Positions 26,507-36,953 are shown, counted from the stretch's first letter. The stretch: 64,000 nucleotides of DNA from Thermoanaerobaculia bacterium (GCA_965200575.1 OZ241363.1:1616827-1680826); one strand, 5' to 3'. The notes: generated by a model not told the origin, from the sequence alone. A program made the numbers and translations.

Positions 26507-29137
26507 GTGACCGTCGGCGTTTCGTCTCGGACGATCGGCCTCGCGGCGGGCCTCCTGCTCCTGTTCGTCGTTCCGTCTCCTGCGCAGGAGACGGCAAGCC
26601 GGGTCCCGGGCGACCGGCTGACCCTGGAGCGCATCATGGCGCATCCGGACTGGCTCGGGCGGGCGCCGGAGCGCTTCTGGTGGAGCAGCGACGGGCGCTC
26701 CGTGCACTACGAGCGCAAGCGCGAGGGAGAGGAGACCCGCGACCTCTACCGGGTCGACCTCAGCGACCGCAGAACGGCCCTGATCACGGACGCGGAGCGC
26801 AACGCGACGGAGGCTCCGGGCGACGCCTGGGACCGGGAGCGCCGACGGCGGGTCTTTGTCCGTTCGGGCGACGTCTTCGTGAGCGACACGGGCGACAACG
26901 GCGCGGGCGAAGGCAGGCTCGTCCAGCTGACCCGCACCGCCGATGCCGAGACATCGCCCTTCTTCACCGCGAGCGGCGAGGTGGCGTACCTGCGCGGGGG
27001 CGTGTGGTTCGTGCAGGGAAGCCCCGGCAGCGGCAGCGGCCTCGTGCGTCAGCCGTTCGACGTGCGCGCCGAGGACGAGCCGCGGGAGGCGCGCTCGAAG
27101 CGGGACCTGGATGCCGGGTACCTCGAACGCCAGCAGCCGCGACTCCTGGAGATCGTTCGCGAGCGGCGGGAGCGCGACGAACGCCGCGAGGAGGTCGCCC
27201 GCGAGCGGCGAGCCGCCGACCCCACTCGAACCCCCCTGCCCGCCTACCTCGGCGGCAAGGTGGAGGTCATCGGCACGGCCCTGTCGCCTGCCCTCGACAG
27301 CCTTATCGTCCGAGCGCGGCCGAAGGAGCGCAACGAGGGCAGCCGGGACCGCATGCCGAACTACGTCACGGCGAGCGGCATGGTCGAGGTCGAGGACGTG
27401 CGCGTGAAGGTCGGCGCCGCCGAGGATCCCGGCGAGACGCTGATCCTGCTGCGCGCCGACTCGACCGAACCCGTCACGCTCGACCTGTCCGTTCTTCCCG
27501 GCATCGCCGTCGATCCCCTCGCCGACCTGCGCGAGGCGGCCCGCGAGCGCAAGCGGCAGCGAGAAGCCGAGGCGCGGGAAGCCCGGGCCGACGATACGAG
27601 CGACGACGCCGACGACGACGCGGCCGTGGAAGAGGCCGGCGCCGACGCTCAGGACCCGGACGACCAGGCCACCGATGACCGGGACGCTGAGCAGGACGAC
27701 GAGTCGACCGACGAACCCGCGCCCCGGCCGGTCCGATTCGGCCAGGTGACCTTCAGCCGCGACGGCTCGAACGCGGTCGTCCAGGCGTACTCGACCGACA
27801 ACAAGGACCGCTGGATAGCCGCCGTGGACAGCGCGGCCGGCGAGTTGCGGCCGCTGCACCGGATGTCCGACCCGGCCTGGATCAACTACGCGTTCCAGGA
27901 CCTGGGCTGGCTGGCGGACGACCGCACGATCTGGTTCCTGTCCGAGGAGACTGGTTACTCGCAGCTCTTCCTGATGGACACCGTCACCGGCAGCCGCGTC
28001 CGGGTCACACACGGCGACTTCGTCGTGCAGGCCCCGGCAGCGTCGCCCGACGGCGACTTCCTGTACTTCGAGGCCAACCGCAACCACCCGGGCATCTTCG
28101 AAGTCTTCCGCGTTCCGCTCGCGGGCGGCCTGGCGGAGGGCAGATCCGTCGAAGCGGCCGTCGCGGGCGCCGTCGAGCAGGTCACGGATCTGGGCGGCCT
28201 GAACTCCTTCCTGCTCTCGCCCGAGGGCGGCAACCTGCTCGTCCTGCACTCCACCGCCGGCAGGCCGCCGGAGCTCTGGCTGCAAGGCGCTCGGCCTGGC
28301 GCCGAGGCGACGCCCCTGACCAAAACGACCTCGGCCGAGTTCCTGGCCATCGACTGGGTCGAACCCCGCTTCGTCGAGGTGCCCTCATCCCACGTGGACC
28401 GGCCCGTCCACGCCCGGCTCTACCTGCCGCCCTCCGCCGCCCCCGAACCCCGGCCTGCGGTCGTCTTCGTCCACGGCGCCGGCTACCTGCAGAATGCCCA
28501 CCAGGGCTGGTCGTCCTACTTCCGCGAGTTCATGTTCCACACCCTGCTTGCCCGGCGCGGCTACGTCGTGCTGGACATGGACTACCGCGCCTCGGCGGGC
28601 TACGGACGCGACTGGCGCACCGCCATCTACCGGCAGATGGGCACGCCGGAGGTCGAGGACATGGCCGACGGCATCGACTACCTGGTCGCCGAGCACGGCG
28701 TGGACCGCGAGCGGGTCGGCGTCTACGGCGGCTCGTACGGCGGCTTCGTCACCTTCATGGCCATGTTCCGGCGCCCGGAGCTCTTCGCCGCCGGCGCCGC
28801 ACTCCGGCCCGTGACGGACTGGGCCCACTACAACCACCGCTACACGTCGAACATCCTGAACACGCCGGAGCTCGACCCGGAGGCCTACGAACGCAGCTCG
28901 CCCATCGAGTTCGCGGAAGGCCTCGGCAAGCCGTTGCTCATCTGCACCGGCATGCTGGACGACAACGTGTTCTTCCAGGACTCCGTCCGCCTCGTGCAGC
29001 GCCTGATCGAGCTGGGCAAGGAGGACTGGGAACTCGCCGTCTACCCCGCCGAAGCGCACGGCTTCGTGGAGCCATCCAGCTGGCTGGACGAGTATCGTCG
29101 CATCCTGAAGCTGTTCGAGACCCACCTGGTGCCCTGA
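26507..29137 (+). CDS. S9 family serine peptidase (DPP-IV/prolyl oligopeptidase-like) with acidic insert
   Basis: GTG start with signal peptide. N-terminal beta-propeller region. C-terminal alpha/beta hydrolase with VGVYGGSYGGFVTFMA (GxSxGG nucleophile), MLDDNV and EAHGF. Confidence 0.85.
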   Translation: MTVGVSSRTIGLAAGLLLLFVVPSPAQETASRVPGDRLTLERIMAHPDWLGRAPERFWWSSDGRSVHYERKREGEETRDLYRVDLSDRRTALITDAERNATEAPGDAWDRERRRRVFVRSGDVFVSDTGDNGAGEGRLVQLTRTADAETSPFFTASGEVAYLRGGVWFVQGSPGSGSGLVRQPFDVRAEDEPREARSKRDLDAGYLERQQPRLLEIVRERRERDERREEVARERRAADPTRTPLPAYLGGKVEVIGTALSPALDSLIVRARPKERNEGSRDRMPNYVTASGMVEVEDVRVKVGAAEDPGETLILLRADSTEPVTLDLSVLPGIAVDPLADLREAARERKRQREAEAREARADDTSDDADDDAAVEEAGADAQDPDDQATDDRDAEQDDESTDEPAPRPVRFGQVTFSRDGSNAVVQAYSTDNKDRWIAAVDSAAGELRPLHRMSDPAWINYAFQDLGWLADDRTIWFLSEETGYSQLFLMDTVTGSRVRVTHGDFVVQAPAASPDGDFLYFEANRNHPGIFEVFRVPLAGGLAEGRSVEAAVAGAVEQVTDLGGLNSFLLSPEGGNLLVLHSTAGRPPELWLQGARPGAEATPLTKTTSAEFLAIDWVEPRFVEVPSSHVDRPVHARLYLPPSAAPEPRPAVVFVHGAGYLQNAHQGWSSYFREFMFHTLLARRGYVVLDMDYRASAGYGRDWRTAIYRQMGTPEVEDMADGIDYLVAEHGVDRERVGVYGGSYGGFVTFMAMFRRPELFAAGAALRPVTDWAHYNHRYTSNILNTPELDPEAYERSSPIEFAEGLGKPLLICTGMLDDNVFFQDSVRLVQRLIELGKEDWELAVYPAEAHGFVEPSSWLDEYRRILKLFETHLVP

Positions 29138-29298
29138 GCCGGCCGTGGGTCGCTCCCCTCGAAGCCGTCCGACGGACGAAGTCAGGCCAGAGGCGCGGAC
29201 CGGCGGCACAGGCCGGCCAGACACGAACCGAACTGGCATCGGCGCAGCGCCCCGCGAGGTCGGCCAGAGTGCCAACGCGGTCTGGGGCGCTCCGGGAT

Positions 29299-29320
29299 CG
29301 CGCAAGGCGCGAGTTGCGCG
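29299..29320. terminator. Candidate bidirectional hairpin in a convergent spacer
   Basis: cgcgcaa-ggcgcgag-ttgcgcg gives a 7-bp perfect stem and 8-nt loop, immediately followed by the palindrome tctcgaga. It lies between convergent genes ending at 29137 and 29559. No U-tract. Confidence 0.25.
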
Positions 29321-29558
29321 TCTCGAGAGGTGGATCGCGACTCTTCCCGTCTTGCTCCAGTCGCTTGCGCATCTGGGCCTCCTGCTGCTTCTTCTGGCAA
29401 TCGTGGCGTTTCGCGTCTGCCTCGTCCGGGAGGCCACGGTGCGCCGGTGCGGACCGTCACCCTGGTGCCAGCTCCTGCACTTGCGGAGCGGCGCTGCCTG
29501 ACCGCAGGCCGCCCCCACGCCAGCAAGCGCGCCGCGCAGCAGCCCTTGCCGCTGGAGC

Positions 29559-32500
29559 TCAGCTGCTGCGCAGCGCCGGGAGCAGGTCCTCACTGGTCAC
29601 CCACCTGACGGCGGCCAGCGAGGCCAGGGCGCCGACGGCCAGCACCAGCAGCAGGGTCAGGCCGAGCGAGAGCCAGGGCACCAGGGCGTGGCCGCCCAGA
29701 AGGTGCGGGCTGACGGCGACCAGCGCAGAGGCAGCGCCGATGACGACGCCGGCCACGAGCACGAGGCCGTTCTCGGCCACCACGAGCCAGGCGAGCGCGC
29801 GGCGCCAGAAGCCAAGCGCCTGCATGGCGGCCAGCTCGCCTCGGCGCTCCAGCAGGTTGCGCAGCAATACCACTGCGAGGCCCAGCGTCCCAAGCAGCAG
29901 GCCGAGGCCGCCGAGGGTCTGGAACGTGCCAAGGTAGGTGTTCTCGACCGCCTGGAAGGCCTGGAGTCGGCTGGCGGTCGGCGTCGCATCGAGGCCGAAG
30001 CCCGCGAGCGTGCGTTCCAGTTCCTCCACGGTGCGCTCGCCGTCGCCGGGCGGCGTCCGCAGCAGGAAGTACGAGGCGCCGGTGCGGCTCGGGAAGTGCT
30101 TCGCCAGGTTCGCCTCCGAGATCACGAGCTCGCTCTGGAACACGCTCTTGCGAAGCAGGCCAACGAGACGGAGCTCGATCGTCTCGCCGCGCTCGTCTTC
30201 CATCTCGATGCCTTGCCCCAGGCCGGAGTGCAGGATCCACATCACCGAGTTGAAGTCGCCGATGGCGGGCACCACGCCCGGGCCCAGGTTCCGCTCCAGC
30301 AGCCGCCACGGTTCGTCCCCGGCGTCGCCGACCACCGACTGGAAGCGGAACCCGCCCCGCTCGACGAACCCGGGGGTCGCGCCGAGCAACCGAGGGCGCT
30401 CGGGCCGGAACAGGTTCAGGCAGCTGATGTCGTCGCCGGGCACGGTCCGGAACGCCGCGACCTCGCTGGCGCCGAGCAGGTCCGAGGCTTCCTCGCCGAA
30501 GCCCAGGTCGTAGCGGCCATCGACAGTCGACAGGTCGGCGAGAATGGACACGTCGGACTCGGCGACCAGGTCGAAGCCGCCGGCGCCCGACTCGAAGTCC
30601 CTCGTCTCCTCGCCAAGGCGCAGGCCGTAGGCGCCGACCGCGACGATCACGAATGAAGCGGAGGCGACCAGGGTCGCGCACAGCAGGCTGCGGCCCGGAT
30701 GAAGCGACGCGTTCGCCGCCGCCATGGCGGAGCAGACCCGCAGGGACCACCTCCGAAGCGGCGCCTCCGGGCGGCGGCCGAGCCACAGCGAGAACCCGGC
30801 GAGTCCCGCGACCAGCAGGGCCGCGCCGCCGCCGAAGAACAGGTACGTGGCCATCGAGGCGGAAACCAGGGCCGATGCGCCGAGCGCCAGGATGGCGAGG
30901 GCACCGGCGATGGCCCCGGTCAGGCGCGCCCGGCGCCCGGGCGCTCGGACCGTCTCCGGCCTGGCCGCAATGTCGCCGCGCAGCAGCCGCACGGCGGACA
31001 GTTTCGCCAGACGGCCCACGGCGCCCCGGATCGAGATCAGGACCACGAGCAGCGAGCCGACTCCGCCAAGCACGAGCGTCAACGGCTCGACGTGCAGGTA
31101 CAGGTGGCTCGATCCGACCGCGGAGCGCCACAGGGTGCGCAGCGCCGCCATCATCGCCCCGGCGTACAGCACCGCCCCGCCCAGGCCAAACAGAACTCCC
31201 TCGGCGGCCAGCAGCCCGCCTTCGAGCAGGAATCTCCTGCGCACGCGGCCGACGCCGTGGCCGAGCGCCAGAAGCAGCCCCATCTCACCTGCCCGGTTCT
31301 CGATGCCGAGTCGGAAGAACAGCCCCACGAGCAGCGCCGCCGATACGATCAGGAACAGGCTGAAGCCGATGAACAGGCCGCCGAAGTCCGTGGCGCCGGC
31401 GGCGCCCCGCAGACCGGCCGCGCGGACCGCCTCCACCCCGAGGCCAGCGGCCGGGAAGCCGACCTGCCGCGGCGCCTCGCGCTCGAGGAACGCCTTCAGA
31501 TCGTCGACGGAACCGCCCGACGGCGGCAGCAGGCGCACCGAGGTGAGCAGGCCGAAACGGCTTGCCCAGAGATCGGCGCCCTCCTCCAGCCCCACGAACA
31601 GCTTGGGCGTGCCCCGGTACTCGTCCCAGTACTCCTCGTCGCGGTCCCGGATGCGGCCCAGGTCGACCGGGAAGGTCGGGTCCCAGTCGCTCATGTTGTC
31701 GGCATCGGCGACGCCGGGAAAATCGGGCGTCAGCGTGCGGTCGCCGCCCCAGGCCGCCATCTCGACCACGCCGGCCACCGTCAGCTGCACCGTGCGCTCC
31801 GTCAGCTGCTCGCGGTCCCCGACCACGAAGTAGTCCACCTCGAGCGCGCTGCCCTCGGCCACTCCCAGATCTTCGGCCAGGAGCGTGTTGACCAGCACTC
31901 TCCCGCGGGCGAGGCTCGGTGTGGGCCGTCCGTCCGCAAGCCGCATCGCGCCGATTTCCCCGGCGCGACCCGCGTCCAGCGCGGCGATGGTCGAGTACGG
32001 GGCCTCCGCCCCGCCCGCCGCCGCCGTCCGGTTGGCGAGATGGGTCGAAACGCCGACCGCCTCGGCGCCTGCGGCCGCGGCCAGCTCCTCGACCGCCTCG
32101 GCCAGATCGTCACCCAGAACGATCCGTGGAGTGGTGACGCGCAGATGATCCTCGCTCTCGGTGAAGACGAGGCCAAGGTCGGCCGCCTCCGCGTGCGAGC
32201 GGATCAGGCGCTCCAGGTCGCGAGCAACCTGCTCGGGATCGGCCGATGCCGCCGGACCGTCGTGGGCCGCCGTGCCCCTGCCTCCGACCAGCAACGCGTT
32301 CACCTTCCCCCGCCGGTCCAGCTCGCGCTGCAGGTCGCGCAGCCGCATGTAGCCGACCAGAGGCTGGCTCTGGTGGGGGGCCAGCTGGAAGCCGCCGGCG
32401 CCGCTGTCGTCGAGCACCGAGACGACGCTCAGCCGCACGCTCTCCAGCTGATCGTCGGGGTCCTTCTCGCCGACCAGGGTGGCGCGCGGCGCTTCGCTCG

Positions 32501-33008
32501 GCCGCTCCAGGTAGAGGATGACCGCATCGCCGACTGCCACCGCCAGGGCATCCGCGAGCGAGCGATTGATCGCCAGCGACGGGAACAGCTGGCCGTCACG
32601 CCGCGAAAGGTCGAGCGCCGCGGAGTCGTCGGAAAAGAACGCGGCGAAGCCGGCGTCGATGCCCTGCACGTTCACGCGTGCGGCGCGGCGGCCGCTTTCC
32701 GGATCGACCACGCTGCCCTGCATCAGGATGGCGGCCGACACGGTCTCGTGACGGGCGACGAAGGCCTCGTCGGCGGCCAGGTCGTCGCGCAACTCCTCGC
32801 GGAAGAAGCTCGAACCGAGCAGCGCGTGCTCGATTCCGCCGAGCCGGTCCAGGGTCAGCTCGCGCAGGCTTCCGCGCACCGAGTCGCCAACCATCAGGGC
32901 GCCGGTCAGCACCGAGGTGGCGACCGCTGCGGTCAGCACCACAGCCACGTTGCCGCGCCAGTAATGCAGGAGGCTCGGCAGAAGCCCGCCCGGGCGCGCC
33001 GCGCCCAC
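29559..33008 (-). CDS. Giant ABC transporter permease with two FtsX/MacB-type modules (about 1149 aa)
   Basis: GTG 33008 lies 2 nt after the ATPase stop. The N-terminus LLHYWRGNVAVVLTAAVATSVLTGALMVGDSVRGSLRE is a typical FtsX-family start. Two four-TM FtsX blocks are separated by large extracytoplasmic domains. Track ORF 29559..33692 runs on into the shadow of the ATPase gene. Confidence 0.8.
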   Translation of the reverse strand: MGAARPGGLLPSLLHYWRGNVAVVLTAAVATSVLTGALMVGDSVRGSLRELTLDRLGGIEHALLGSSFFREELRDDLAADEAFVARHETVSAAILMQGSVVDPESGRRAARVNVQGIDAGFAAFFSDDSAALDLSRRDGQLFPSLAINRSLADALAVAVGDAVILYLERPSEAPRATLVGEKDPDDQLESVRLSVVSVLDDSGAGGFQLAPHQSQPLVGYMRLRDLQRELDRRGKVNALLVGGRGTAAHDGPAASADPEQVARDLERLIRSHAEAADLGLVFTESEDHLRVTTPRIVLGDDLAEAVEELAAAAGAEAVGVSTHLANRTAAAGGAEAPYSTIAALDAGRAGEIGAMRLADGRPTPSLARGRVLVNTLLAEDLGVAEGSALEVDYFVVGDREQLTERTVQLTVAGVVEMAAWGGDRTLTPDFPGVADADNMSDWDPTFPVDLGRIRDRDEEYWDEYRGTPKLFVGLEEGADLWASRFGLLTSVRLLPPSGGSVDDLKAFLEREAPRQVGFPAAGLGVEAVRAAGLRGAAGATDFGGLFIGFSLFLIVSAALLVGLFFRLGIENRAGEMGLLLALGHGVGRVRRRFLLEGGLLAAEGVLFGLGGAVLYAGAMMAALRTLWRSAVGSSHLYLHVEPLTLVLGGVGSLLVVLISIRGAVGRLAKLSAVRLLRGDIAARPETVRAPGRRARLTGAIAGALAILALGASALVSASMATYLFFGGGAALLVAGLAGFSLWLGRRPEAPLRRWSLRVCSAMAAANASLHPGRSLLCATLVASASFVIVAVGAYGLRLGEETRDFESGAGGFDLVAESDVSILADLSTVDGRYDLGFGEEASDLLGASEVAAFRTVPGDDISCLNLFRPERPRLLGATPGFVERGGFRFQSVVGDAGDEPWRLLERNLGPGVVPAIGDFNSVMWILHSGLGQGIEMEDERGETIELRLVGLLRKSVFQSELVISEANLAKHFPSRTGASYFLLRTPPGDGERTVEELERTLAGFGLDATPTASRLQAFQAVENTYLGTFQTLGGLGLLLGTLGLAVVLLRNLLERRGELAAMQALGFWRRALAWLVVAENGLVLVAGVVIGAASALVAVSPHLLGGHALVPWLSLGLTLLLVLAVGALASLAAVRWVTSEDLLPALRSS

Positions 33009-33010
33009 GG

Positions 33011-33710
33011 TCAGGCCTCGTCCGCCGGTGCTGCCGACCCCTCGCCGATGACGCCGGCTCGAAGCTCCACCTGCCGCGGCAGTCGCGCTGCCAGCTCCAG
33101 GCTGTGGGTGACGACCACCAGGGCGCTCGACGCCTCGGCGTGGAGCTCCAGGAGCAGGTCCGCCACCGATGCCGCCGTCTCGACGTCCAGGTTTCCGGTC
33201 GGCTCGTCGCACAGCAGGAGGCGCGGCCGGTTGATCACCGCGCGCACGATCGCGGCCCTCTGCCGCTCGCCGCCCGACACCCGCGCCGGCTGATGATCCA
33301 CACGGTCGCCCAGGCCGACCCGGTCGAGCAGGGACCGCGCCCTCCCCTCCGCGTCGTCGCCGACGGCGCCGACCGTGACCGTTGGCAACAGGACGTTCTG
33401 CAGCAGCGTGTACTGCGGCAGCAGGTAGTGGTCCTGGAACACCAGGCCCACGTGACGGCTGCGGAAGGCGGCGAGCTCCGGCTCGGGCAGGCCGTGCGCG
33501 TCCTCGCCGCCGATCCGGATGCGCCCGGAAGTCGGCGCCTCCAGCGTCGCGGCAAGGTGCAGCAGGGTGCTCTTCCCGCTGCCGGAAGGCCCGGTCACCG
33601 CCATCGCCTCCCGCGCGCCCAGCGAGAACGTGACGCCGCGCAGGACCTCGACCACGCGACCGCCGCTGCCGTAGGTCCGGGTGACCCGGCAAAAGTCCAG
33701 AGCGTCCGTC
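33011..33710 (-). CDS. ABC transporter ATP-binding protein (LolD/MacB-type)
   Basis: Start MTDALDFCRVTRTYGSG, Walker A GPSGSGKST, signature VSGGERQRAAIVRA, Walker B LLLCDEPTGNLD. Confidence 0.9.
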
Positions 33711-33791
33711 ATGGCGATTGGCACCCTAGCAAGCGAATCGCTCCGTGGTGCCCGGCCAGGCATCACCTGAGCCGTCAGGTCCCAGGGGGGC

Positions 33792-35153
33792 TCACGGACT
33801 CGACGGCGTCGCAGCCCGCCGGGCGAGGCCGCGGCGATACGAGGCGAGGGTCGCCTCCGCCATGTCTCGCGCGGCATGGTGGCGCCGCACGCCGGCCATG
33901 CCGGCTCGGCCGAGATGCTCGCGCCGCTCGGCATCGCCTCCCAGCTCGGCCACGGCGGCCGCCAGCGCCGACGAGTCGCCGGCGGGAACCAGGGCGCCGC
34001 CCCCGGTGCGCTCGAGCATCTCGGGGAAGCCGCCGTGATCGGGCAGCACGACCGGTACGCCGTTCGCCATTGCCTCCAGCGCCGGCAGCCCCTTCGCCTC
34101 CCGATAGACGGTGGGCAGCACAAGCACATGCAGACTGTTCAGCAACTCGATCTTCCCCTCCCGGGAAACCTCTCCCAGCCACTCGAAGCCGTCTTCCAGG
34201 CCCCAGTCGGCAATCCGTTGGCGCTGCGCCTCGAAGTACGCCTCATCGCGGCCGCCGAGGTAACCGGCCGCGCGGAACCGGACCCGGTCGCGGCCCAGGC
34301 AGTCGCTCAACTCGCGGAACGCATCCAGTGCCAGGTGGAAGCCCTTCTCGGGGCACATTCGCGCCAGGTAGCCCATCACCAGCGGCGAGTCCGGCGGCTC
34401 GGCCTCGCGCTCGCCGTGGCCATCCAGCTCGATGCCCAGCGGCGCCACGTCGATGGCGTCGAGCGGCACTTCCAGCAGTTCCGCCATCGCCTCCGCGTAG
34501 TAGTCGTTCGGCGCCACCAGCACGTCCACCTCACGCACCCTCTCGCGCATCTCCCCCAGCACCCTGGACTTGTGAGGTTCGTCGAGATCCTCGAGGAAGA
34601 TGTCCTCTCCCTGCAGCCCGCACACGATGAGCGCATCCGGCAGTGCCTGCCGCAGCTCACGTCCCATCCCCACCAGCATCGAGTTCGTGAGATGAACCAC
34701 TTCCGGCCTGAAGTCGGCGGCCAGCCAATGCGCCAGGCTCCTGAGCTCGGCCAGCTGGCGGCCCTCCTCGCCACGCACCATGGACAGGGCCAGTTCGCCG
34801 AGCTGGTGGGCGTCGGTCGCGGACGCCGATCTCGTCAACCGCGCCAGCAGCGCCGGATTGTCGAGCAGTCGGCGCAACCCGGCCGGAAGCCGGCTCCACA
34901 GCGGCAGCTTCTGCTCCAGGTAGATGTTCACGGCGCCGTAGAAGATCCGGTCGTGGCTGACGTTTCGCTCGTCCGTCCGCAGCGGCGTGTAGATGGGCAG
35001 GAGCAGCGCGTCGTGCCCCATGCCCTGTAGCTCGCGGACTAGCGTGTTGTCGTGGATGCAGCTGCCGCAGAGCATCCCGCCAGCGCCAGCGGCCAGGTAG
35101 GCGATCCGCAGCGAGCCGTCTCCGCCGTGAGGAGGGTGCGACATGTCGTTCAT
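33792..35153 (-). CDS. Glycosyltransferase family 4 (GT-B, group 1)
   Basis: N-terminus RIAYLAAGAGGMLCGSCIHDNTLVRELQ. C-terminus LVLPTVYREAKGLPALEAMANGVPVVLPDHGGFPE carries the E-x7-E type motif. Confidence 0.8.
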   Translation of the reverse strand: MNDMSHPPHGGDGSLRIAYLAAGAGGMLCGSCIHDNTLVRELQGMGHDALLLPIYTPLRTDERNVSHDRIFYGAVNIYLEQKLPLWSRLPAGLRRLLDNPALLARLTRSASATDAHQLGELALSMVRGEEGRQLAELRSLAHWLAADFRPEVVHLTNSMLVGMGRELRQALPDALIVCGLQGEDIFLEDLDEPHKSRVLGEMRERVREVDVLVAPNDYYAEAMAELLEVPLDAIDVAPLGIELDGHGEREAEPPDSPLVMGYLARMCPEKGFHLALDAFRELSDCLGRDRVRFRAAGYLGGRDEAYFEAQRQRIADWGLEDGFEWLGEVSREGKIELLNSLHVLVLPTVYREAKGLPALEAMANGVPVVLPDHGGFPEMLERTGGGALVPAGDSSALAAAVAELGGDAERREHLGRAGMAGVRRHHAARDMAEATLASYRRGLARRAATPSSP

Positions 35154-35208
35154 GGTTCAGGATCGGGAGGGCACACGATCATCGGAGGCGGCGCGGTCAG
35201 GGCAGCGT

Positions 35209-36675
35209 TCACGAAGCGCCGGGGATGAAGCGCGCGACCCGTTCCGGCGCCGGCGGGCGGCTCGCCAGCGAGCCGACGACCATGGCGACGACGGAGCCGG
35301 CCAGGACGACGGCCACCGGCATGACGCCGGTCCCGGCGACGCTGTAGTCCGGGTTGCCGACGCCGCGCAGGAAGAACCACGTCCACAGCGCGACGACGGT
35401 GAGGATCGCCGCGCCGGCGCCGACCGCCGTGCTCCGGCGCCAGTACAGCGCGGCCACGATCACCGGCAGGAGCGACGAGAAGCCCGTGAACGACCAGACC
35501 GAGAGTGCGAAGATGCTCCGTTCGGCCACCAGGGACACCAGAAAGAGGGCCGCCACAATGCCGATCACGAACAGCCGGCCGAGCCGAATCTGGCCGGCTT
35601 CGGTCAGCCCGCGGCCCCAGCGGGAACGCCTCACGATGTCCTGCGTGAACATCGTCCCCAGCGACAGCGACTGGGAGTCGAGCGACGACATGATGGCGGC
35701 GAAGACCCCGGCGCCCAGGAGCCCCGCCAGGAACTCCGGCGCGTACAGCCCGATCATCCGGACCAGGACCGAGTTCGAGGCCGGGCCTTCGAGCCCCGGC
35801 AGGTCGACGTTGCCGAACAGGCCCAGCAAGACGCTCGGAATCCAGACCGCGACGATGCAGACCGGGTAGAGCACGATCGCCGCCTTGAACGTCTCCGCCC
35901 GCTTCGCGGACAGCCAGTGGGCAAAGATGTGCGGGAACGTCCCGACCGACAGCGGAATCAGCGTGTAGCTGAGCAGACGCAGCGGGTGGATCGCATCGCC
36001 GCGCACCAGCAGCTCGGGCCTGGTCTCGGCGACACGGTCAAGCGCGGCGCCGACCCCGCCGAGCCGGGTGACGATCAGGATTGCCGTGACCGCGCCGAGC
36101 ACCATGAACATGGCGGTCTGAAACGTGTTCACCCAGGCGGTGCCGCGCAGGCCGCCGCTCGTCACGTAGCCGACCACGACGGCGCACACGAGCAGGCTGC
36201 CCAGCCAGGAGGGCGCCGCGCCTCCGGTGATCTGGTCGATCACGATGCCGCCGCCCATGACGCCGATGAGCAGGTACGGCAGCAGCAGCAGCACGAGCAC
36301 GGCGAACAGCAGGAATCCGACGGCGTCGGATCCCCAGCGCGCCCGGACAAACTGCACCTGGGTCAGCAGGCCCAGGCGCTGCCCGACGGCCCACACCCGG
36401 ATGCCGACGACAAAGAAGACGACGGGCACCATCAGGGCCGACGACGACGCCATCAGCGAGAACACACCGATGCCGACCCGGTACGACTCGGCCGACGCGC
36501 CCAGCAGGGCGAAGGAGGTCATGTGGGTGCCGAACAGCGTCATCAGGAGCACGAACGGTCCGATCGTGCGGCCGGCGACGAAGAAGTCCTCTCCGGTCGA
36601 GGCGAGACGGCGATTGCTCCAGACGCCGATCAGCAGCACGGCGCCGAGATACCCGAGAATGACCGCCAGGGTCAC
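35209..36675 (-). CDS. Sodium:solute symporter (SSS) family transporter
   Basis: The N-terminus VTLAVILGYLGAVLLIGVWSNRRLASTGEDFFVAGRTIGPFVLLMTLFGTHMTSFALLGASAESYRVG is a typical SSS start, with about 13 TM segments. The GTG start overlaps the upstream stop (GTGA at 36672-36675). Confidence 0.9.
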   Translation of the reverse strand: MTLAVILGYLGAVLLIGVWSNRRLASTGEDFFVAGRTIGPFVLLMTLFGTHMTSFALLGASAESYRVGIGVFSLMASSSALMVPVVFFVVGIRVWAVGQRLGLLTQVQFVRARWGSDAVGFLLFAVLVLLLLPYLLIGVMGGGIVIDQITGGAAPSWLGSLLVCAVVVGYVTSGGLRGTAWVNTFQTAMFMVLGAVTAILIVTRLGGVGAALDRVAETRPELLVRGDAIHPLRLLSYTLIPLSVGTFPHIFAHWLSAKRAETFKAAIVLYPVCIVAVWIPSVLLGLFGNVDLPGLEGPASNSVLVRMIGLYAPEFLAGLLGAGVFAAIMSSLDSQSLSLGTMFTQDIVRRSRWGRGLTEAGQIRLGRLFVIGIVAALFLVSLVAERSIFALSVWSFTGFSSLLPVIVAALYWRRSTAVGAGAAILTVVALWTWFFLRGVGNPDYSVAGTGVMPVAVVLAGSVVAMVVGSLASRPPAPERVARFIPGAS

Positions 36676-36953
36676 GGGCTGGTCTCCCGGTCATCGCCAG
36701 CTAGCTGTGCCGCCGCTCGATTCGGTGGTTCGGGAAGCACCGCCAGCCGTTCGAGCGCGTCGGCCGGCCAGGCGACCCGCACCAGCCACCACATGACCAG
36801 CACGACCGCGGCCGAGGACAGAATGTGGTACGTCAGCCCGACCGGCAGGCCCAGGAAACGGCTCGGATCGTCCCAGAACCACCAGTCGTTGCGCAGGGCG
36901 TACAGAGCGAGCAGGGACACCCAGGCCCACGGCCGGGCTGTGCGTGACGCCAT
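36672..36953 (-). CDS. Small two-TM membrane protein, DUF3311-like SSS accessory subunit
   Basis: ATG 36953 gives MASRTARPWAWVSLLALYALRNDWWFWDD...LTYHILSSAAVVLVMWWLV. It is Trp-rich with two TM segments and is translationally coupled to the SSS gene. The family name is from memory of this gene-pair pattern. Confidence 0.55.
   Translation of the reverse strand: MASRTARPWAWVSLLALYALRNDWWFWDDPSRFLGLPVGLTYHILSSAAVVLVMWWLVRVAWPADALERLAVLPEPPNRAAAQLAGDDRETSP

Noticed and set aside
29559-33692. 1377-aa ORF as the permease, and ORF 33011..34129 as a 372-aa ATPase
   Set aside because: The N-terminal parts are out-of-frame read-through into the neighbouring ATPase and GT4 genes. The starts were re-placed at GTG 33008 and ATG 33710, based on family-typical N-termini.
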